Source of the DNA: an uncultured bacterium
Lineage (GTDB): Bacteria; Patescibacteriota; Minisyncoccia; Phycocordibacterales; GWA1-40-21
DNA length: 64,000 bases
Assembly (NCBI GenBank): GCA_963840885.1
Contig: CAWJAN010000005.1
Location: forward strand, 12,887 to 76,886
Direction: 5' to 3'
The notes below the pieces were generated by a model, which did no database searches, was not told the DNA's origin, and worked only from the letters and a program-made list of their open reading frames with translations. Shown here in pieces: positions 58,007 to 64,000 of this stretch. Made by a program: the position numbers and the translations under genes. Every line of letters starts with the position of its first letter. Positions within the stretch are counted from its first letter, which is position 1.

Positions 58007-58755
58007 TGAAAGATAATAATCAATTCCAAATCAAAACCGAAGTTTTCGAAGGCCCTCTTGAGCTCCTGCTTTCGCTCATAGAAAAAAGAAAGCTGCTTAT
58101 AAACGACGTGTCGCTAGCCAAAGTCACGGACGACTTCATCTTATACCTGCAGAATAGGCAAGAATACTCGATAAAAGACGCTTCTGACTTCCTTGTCATC
58201 GCCGCGACTTTGCTACTCATAAAATCCAAATCGCTTTTGCCGACTCTTGACCTGACCGACGAAGAAAAATCGGATATAAACGACCTTGAACTCAAGCTGA
58301 AGATCTACAAGAAAATAAAAGAGCTTTCGGTCCATGTAAAAAACACGTTCGGAAAAAATATAATGTTTTTCCCAAATGTCAGAAAAATGGAACCTGTATT
58401 TTCCCCCGACTCTTCCATGACAAAAGAGAATCTGACAAACGCCATTTTCGGCGTAATAAAGAGTTTTCCTAAATTCGAGGTGAAGCCGAAAGTCAAGATT
58501 GCAAAAGTCATCTCGCTTGAAGAAATGATAGGCGACCTTACGAAAAGGATACAATCTTCGCTTAAGATGAGCTTCAGGGATTTTTCCGGAATGGGCCTGC
58601 CTGGCCAGGGCAAGGCGGACAGGGTGAATGTCATTGTTTCATTTCTCGCTATGCTTGAGCTCGTGAAGCAGGGTTTGATAGAAGCCGAGCAGAATGATAA
58701 ATTTGGAGATATAAATATGGAGACGAAGGAAGTCGGCGGAGTTCCGAGTTATTAA
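58006..58755 (+). CDS. scpA: Segregation/condensation protein A
   Basis: FEGPLELLL.LI, FLVIAATLL.IKS..LLP, FLAMLEL. Confidence 0.95.
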   Translation: MKDNNQFQIKTEVFEGPLELLLSLIEKRKLLINDVSLAKVTDDFILYLQNRQEYSIKDASDFLVIAATLLLIKSKSLLPTLDLTDEEKSDINDLELKLKIYKKIKELSVHVKNTFGKNIMFFPNVRKMEPVFSPDSSMTKENLTNAIFGVIKSFPKFEVKPKVKIAKVISLEEMIGDLTKRIQSSLKMSFRDFSGMGLPGQGKADRVNVIVSFLAMLELVKQGLIEAEQNDKFGDINMETKEVGGVPSY

Positions 58756-58769
58756 TAACAGAAATAAAA

Positions 58770-59366
58770 ATGTCAGAACAAAATTTAGAAAAACAAGTTG
58801 AAGCTATCCTATTTTGGTACGGCGAACCGGTAAAGATAAAAAAATTGGTGCAGATCTTAGAGAAAACCGAAGAGGAAATCTCTTCGGCTCTTAAAACCCT
58901 TGAATCAAGCTTGTCGGGCAGGGGAATAGCGCTTATTTCAAAAGACGATGAAGTCGCTCTCGGCACATCGAAGGATTTTTCAGATCTCATAGAAAAAATC
59001 ACGAAAGAAGAGCTGGTGAAAGACCTTGGGCGAGCCGGTCTTGAAACTCTTTCCATAATAATATATCAGGGGCCGATTTCTCGCGCCGAGATAGATTACA
59101 TAAGGGGCGTGCAGTCAAATTTCATCTTGAGAAATCTTATGATCCGCGGACTTGTGGAAAAAATACCGAATCCTAAAGACCAAAGAAGCTTCCTGTACAG
59201 GCCGACTTTCGACCTCCTGAATTATCTCGGAGTTTCAAAGATAGAAGATATGCCTGAATTCGAAAAAGCCAGGGCCGAAATAGAAAGCTATAAGAATTCC
59301 TCTAAAGAGGCCGCTCCTGTTGAAAACGAAGATTCCGCAAAAGAAGCTGTCGCGGAATCAGCATAA
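58770..59366 (+). CDS. scpB: Segregation/condensation protein B
   Basis: EAILF, LETL.II.Y..PI.R.EI..IRGV, L..RGLV. Confidence 0.95.
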   Translation: MSEQNLEKQVEAILFWYGEPVKIKKLVQILEKTEEEISSALKTLESSLSGRGIALISKDDEVALGTSKDFSDLIEKITKEELVKDLGRAGLETLSIIIYQGPISRAEIDYIRGVQSNFILRNLMIRGLVEKIPNPKDQRSFLYRPTFDLLNYLGVSKIEDMPEFEKARAEIESYKNSSKEAAPVENEDSAKEAVAESA

Positions 59367-59383
59367 TCTGATATAAATAATAC

Positions 59384-60307
59384 ATGCATCCTTTCGTATC
59401 TCTCAAAAAGGTTTTTGAAGTTTTTCTTTCAGCGATTTTAATATTGATTATTGCGTTCTTATTCGTTGTCATAGCAAATCAGGCGGGAAACGAGAAGATA
59501 GCGAAAAATGAAGCTGCGGATAATGCGCCATACGCTTCCAGCTTGTCAGAGATACAGGGAAAATCATTTTATGTCTACGATATATATTCGAATGAAGTTC
59601 TTTTTTCGAAAAACGAGCATGAAAGCCTTCCTCTCGCATCGATAACGAAACTGATGACCAGCCTTGTGGCTCTGGATATGATTCCTGAAACATCGACTGT
59701 AACCATAAGCGAAGGCGATGTTGCGCTCGGAAGCGGCACCGGGCTTGTCGTGGGAGAAAAATGGAAGCTAATAGATCTCATGGATTTCAGCTTAATCACT
59801 TCTTCAAATGACGGCATTCATGCCATAGCAATGCTAGCTGATTCGATAAGCGGAGAAAATATCGTAAGCCTCATGAATGAACGCGCAAAAACACTGGGGC
59901 TCGGCGATACCGTCTTTTACAATGTAACCGGCCTCGATGTAGACAATAATTTAAGCGGCGCATACAGCTCATCATATGATGTTTCCAAGCTCATAGAAAA
60001 TATACTCAGCATAAATCCTAGAATAATAAAAGAAACGCCAAATGTATCGGAAAAATTCATATCTGAAAGCGATATAGTGCATTATGCATCCAATACGGAT
60101 GAGGCCATAGATGCCATTCCTTCATTAATAGCATCCAAAACAGGATTTACCGATCTCGCCGGCGGTAATTTGGCGGTGGTATTCGACGGAGGATTCGATC
60201 ATCCAATAATAGCGGTGGTACTCGGCTCTACAGAATCCGGGCGCTTTACGGACATGGAAAATCTTGTTAACTTGTCGCTAAAAAAACTTTCGGCGGAAAA
60301 CAAATAA
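59384..60307 (+). CDS. D-alanyl-D-alanine carboxypeptidase (peptidase S11)
   Basis: ASITK (SxxK), SSN (SxN), KTG. Confidence 0.9.
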   Translation: MHPFVSLKKVFEVFLSAILILIIAFLFVVIANQAGNEKIAKNEAADNAPYASSLSEIQGKSFYVYDIYSNEVLFSKNEHESLPLASITKLMTSLVALDMIPETSTVTISEGDVALGSGTGLVVGEKWKLIDLMDFSLITSSNDGIHAIAMLADSISGENIVSLMNERAKTLGLGDTVFYNVTGLDVDNNLSGAYSSSYDVSKLIENILSINPRIIKETPNVSEKFISESDIVHYASNTDEAIDAIPSLIASKTGFTDLAGGNLAVVFDGGFDHPIIAVVLGSTESGRFTDMENLVNLSLKKLSAENK

Positions 60308-60349
60308 AAAAAATTGTTTTTTGGCCAGAAAACCTTATAATTATCTTTT

Positions 60350-61435
60350 ATGGAAACAAACGTAATCAAAGTGATACTTCCTTCTGTGGTATCTTTCGTA
60401 ATAGGGGTGGCCTTTACGCCCATTCTTACGGACTTCCTGTATAAGCACAAACTATGGAAGAAAAAAAGCGTATCAAAGACCATTGATGGCAGGGAAGCGA
60501 CGATATCCGCATCCCTCCACAAGGATGAACAGAAAAAAACTCCGCGAATGGGAGGAATAGTGGTGTGGTTCTCTACATTTATAACTATTTCAGCAATATG
60601 GCTGCTGGCTGAAATGAATATAGGAAATGGAGTTTTTTCAAAATTGGATTTGCTTTCCAGAAACCAGACTTGGATTCCTCTCCTTACTCTTATTATAGGA
60701 GGGCTCATAGGCCTGATAGACGATTATCTTGTAACAAGAGAAACGCCTGAAGGCGGATATATCGGCGGGGGATTTTCGCTTAAAAAAAGGCTTCTTGCTG
60801 TGGGTATAATATCTTTTTTATGCGCCGCGTGGTTTTACTACAAGCTTGGCGTAATCGGCATAGGGACATTTTATACCGGCCAATTGATAAATATGGGAAT
60901 ATTCTTCATTCCTTTCTTTATGATAGTGGTTATAGCGATATATTCCGGAAGTGTCATAGACGGAATAGACGGCTTATCCGGGGGAATATTCGCAACCATG
61001 TTCTTCGCTTATGCGATAATAGCTTTCAATCAGCAGCAATTCAACCTGGCTGCATTCTGCACGACTCTTGTCGGAGCGATCCTTGCATTCCTCTGGTTCA
61101 ATATTCCGCCGGCAAGATATTATATGTCGGATACGGGAATGATGGGTCTTACCATCACGCTCGGAATCGTAGCGTTCATGACTGACGCTCTCGGAAACGG
61201 GCATGGAATACTCGTGCTGCCCATAATAGCTTTTCCTTTGGTAATCACTTCTGGCTCGAATATAATACAGCTTCTTTCAAAAAAATACCGCGGCAGAAAA
61301 GTTTTTCTGGTCGCTCCTCTTCATCACCACTTTGAAGCCATAGGCTGGCCAGCATATAAGGTGGTAATGAGATACTGGATTTTCGGCGCAATATGTTCCG
61401 TGCTCGGAGTAATACTCGCTCTTATAAAAATATAA
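60350..61435 (+). CDS. mraY: Phospho-N-acetylmuramoyl-pentapeptide transferase
   Basis: TP.MGG, G..DD, DGIDGL, WFN.PPA, APLHHHFE..GW. Confidence 0.95.
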   Translation: METNVIKVILPSVVSFVIGVAFTPILTDFLYKHKLWKKKSVSKTIDGREATISASLHKDEQKKTPRMGGIVVWFSTFITISAIWLLAEMNIGNGVFSKLDLLSRNQTWIPLLTLIIGGLIGLIDDYLVTRETPEGGYIGGGFSLKKRLLAVGIISFLCAAWFYYKLGVIGIGTFYTGQLINMGIFFIPFFMIVVIAIYSGSVIDGIDGLSGGIFATMFFAYAIIAFNQQQFNLAAFCTTLVGAILAFLWFNIPPARYYMSDTGMMGLTITLGIVAFMTDALGNGHGILVLPIIAFPLVITSGSNIIQLLSKKYRGRKVFLVAPLHHHFEAIGWPAYKVVMRYWIFGAICSVLGVILALIKI

Positions 61436-61445
61436 ATAAAAGCCG

Positions 61446-62546
61446 ATGATAAGGAAAAATGAAAGCGTAGACAGATTTTTTTTAACGATAAACATAATTC
61501 TCCTTGTCATAGGCTTCACGATTTTCTTATCGGCATCGCTCGGTATACTTGCCAATGATTCCGCCCAGTTCAGCTCAATCGTTTTCAAACAGGTTTTTTT
61601 CGGGATAATACTCGGGCTCGTAGCATGTTTTATTTTTTCCAGGATAAATTACAAGATATTAAAAAAATATTCTCTTGCGATTTTTATATTCTCAGCAATC
61701 CTGACTATCTTGGTGTTTATACCGCATATAGGAGCCACTATTAACGGCGCGAGAAGATGGATAATATTGTGGGGTTTTTCTTTCCAGCCCACATCAGTGC
61801 TGAGTTTCGGATTCATAGTTTATTGGGCCACATGGCTTTCTTATGCCAAAGAAAAGGTTTCTGAATTAAAATATGGGATACTGCCGCTTATTGCCATGCT
61901 TTCCCTGACAGGAATACTTCTTCTGCTTGAACCTGACACAGATTCCTTCATAGTGCTTGGAATGACCGGAGTGGCTATGCTTTGGTTTGCTGGAGGCAAG
62001 CTAAGGCATGTGATCTATCTGGGCATTGCCGCAATCGTATGCGTGGCCATATTGGCTCTCGCAAGGCCTTATGTGATGTCCAGGCTTAAATCTTTCATAG
62101 ATCCTTCGGCAAATTCGCAGACTTCAGGATATCAGCTTCAGCAATCGTCTATAGCCATAGGTTCTGGAGAAATGTTCGGAAAAGGACTAGGTCAAAGCAT
62201 TCAAAAATATAAATTCTTGCCGGAATCAATCAGTGATTCGGTCTTCGCAGTGCTTGGGGAAGAACTAGGATTTATCGGATCAGTCGGGGTAATAATATTA
62301 TTCCTGATTTTCATATTCCGCGGATTAAGGATAGCGATAAGCGCTCCGGATTCTTTCGGTGGACTTTTGGTGTCTGGAATTGTTATACTTATAACTGTCC
62401 AGTCTTTCACAAATATAGCCTCAATACTGGGCATAATTCCTTTTTCAGGCATTCCTTTGGCTTTTTTCAGCCAAGGCGGGACTTCGATGCTCGTAATGCT
62501 TGCCGAGATAGGGATAGTTCTGAATGTCTCGAGATTCAGCAAATAA
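61446..62546 (+). CDS. ftsW: SEDS family peptidoglycan polymerase FtsW
   Basis: GARRWI, FQP, EPD, GYQ..QS..A.GSG, LPE...D, GEE.G, PL.F.S.GG; located between mraY and murG. Confidence 0.9.
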   Translation: MIRKNESVDRFFLTINIILLVIGFTIFLSASLGILANDSAQFSSIVFKQVFFGIILGLVACFIFSRINYKILKKYSLAIFIFSAILTILVFIPHIGATINGARRWIILWGFSFQPTSVLSFGFIVYWATWLSYAKEKVSELKYGILPLIAMLSLTGILLLLEPDTDSFIVLGMTGVAMLWFAGGKLRHVIYLGIAAIVCVAILALARPYVMSRLKSFIDPSANSQTSGYQLQQSSIAIGSGEMFGKGLGQSIQKYKFLPESISDSVFAVLGEELGFIGSVGVIILFLIFIFRGLRIAISAPDSFGGLLVSGIVILITVQSFTNIASILGIIPFSGIPLAFFSQGGTSMLVMLAEIGIVLNVSRFSK

Positions 62547-62561
62547 ATCTTCGCACCGAAA

Positions 62562-64000
<1,439 letters not shown>

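Overview
Core-chromosome window of a small-genome, AT-rich bacterium using genetic code 11. It is very likely a Patescibacteria/CPR (Parcubacteria-like) organism, inferred from the shortened AlaRS and AspRS, the FtsA-like + baseplate-J-like gene pair before infA, and the scarcity of Shine-Dalgarno sites in housekeeping genes. Contents: two MacAB-type ABC export operons; RNA-metabolism genes (RRM protein, DEAD-box helicase, pseudouridine synthase, tgt, mnmA); four tRNAs; a 1910-aa Ig-repeat surface protein; the infA-rpmJ-rpsM-rpsK-rpsD-rpoA-rplQ-rplM-rpsI cluster; grpE-dnaK-dnaJ; trpS, aspS, alaS and partial gltX; scpAB; and mraY-ftsW-murG. No transposase, integrase or CRISPR array was seen. 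Best candidates for new biology: (1) a 99-aa ORF between grpE and dnaK ending in ...SQPTRAPDFE, resembling a RAP-type ribosome-arrest leader that could couple dnaK translation to protein folding; (2) a ~180-nt non-coding transcription unit built from repeated CCCnGGG hairpins, divergent from grpE; (3) an 8-stranded outer-membrane beta-barrel-like domain fused to an Ig repeat in a lineage thought to lack an outer membrane; (4) dispersed orphan-gene cassettes with their own TTGAC promoter, a strong SD and usually a terminator, including three tandem paralog pairs, unlike the apparently leaderless housekeeping genes; (5) short in-frame palindromic insertions in mnmA and scpA; (6) a P1B-ATPase with an atypical CADD motif. 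All calls were made by eye without database searches.
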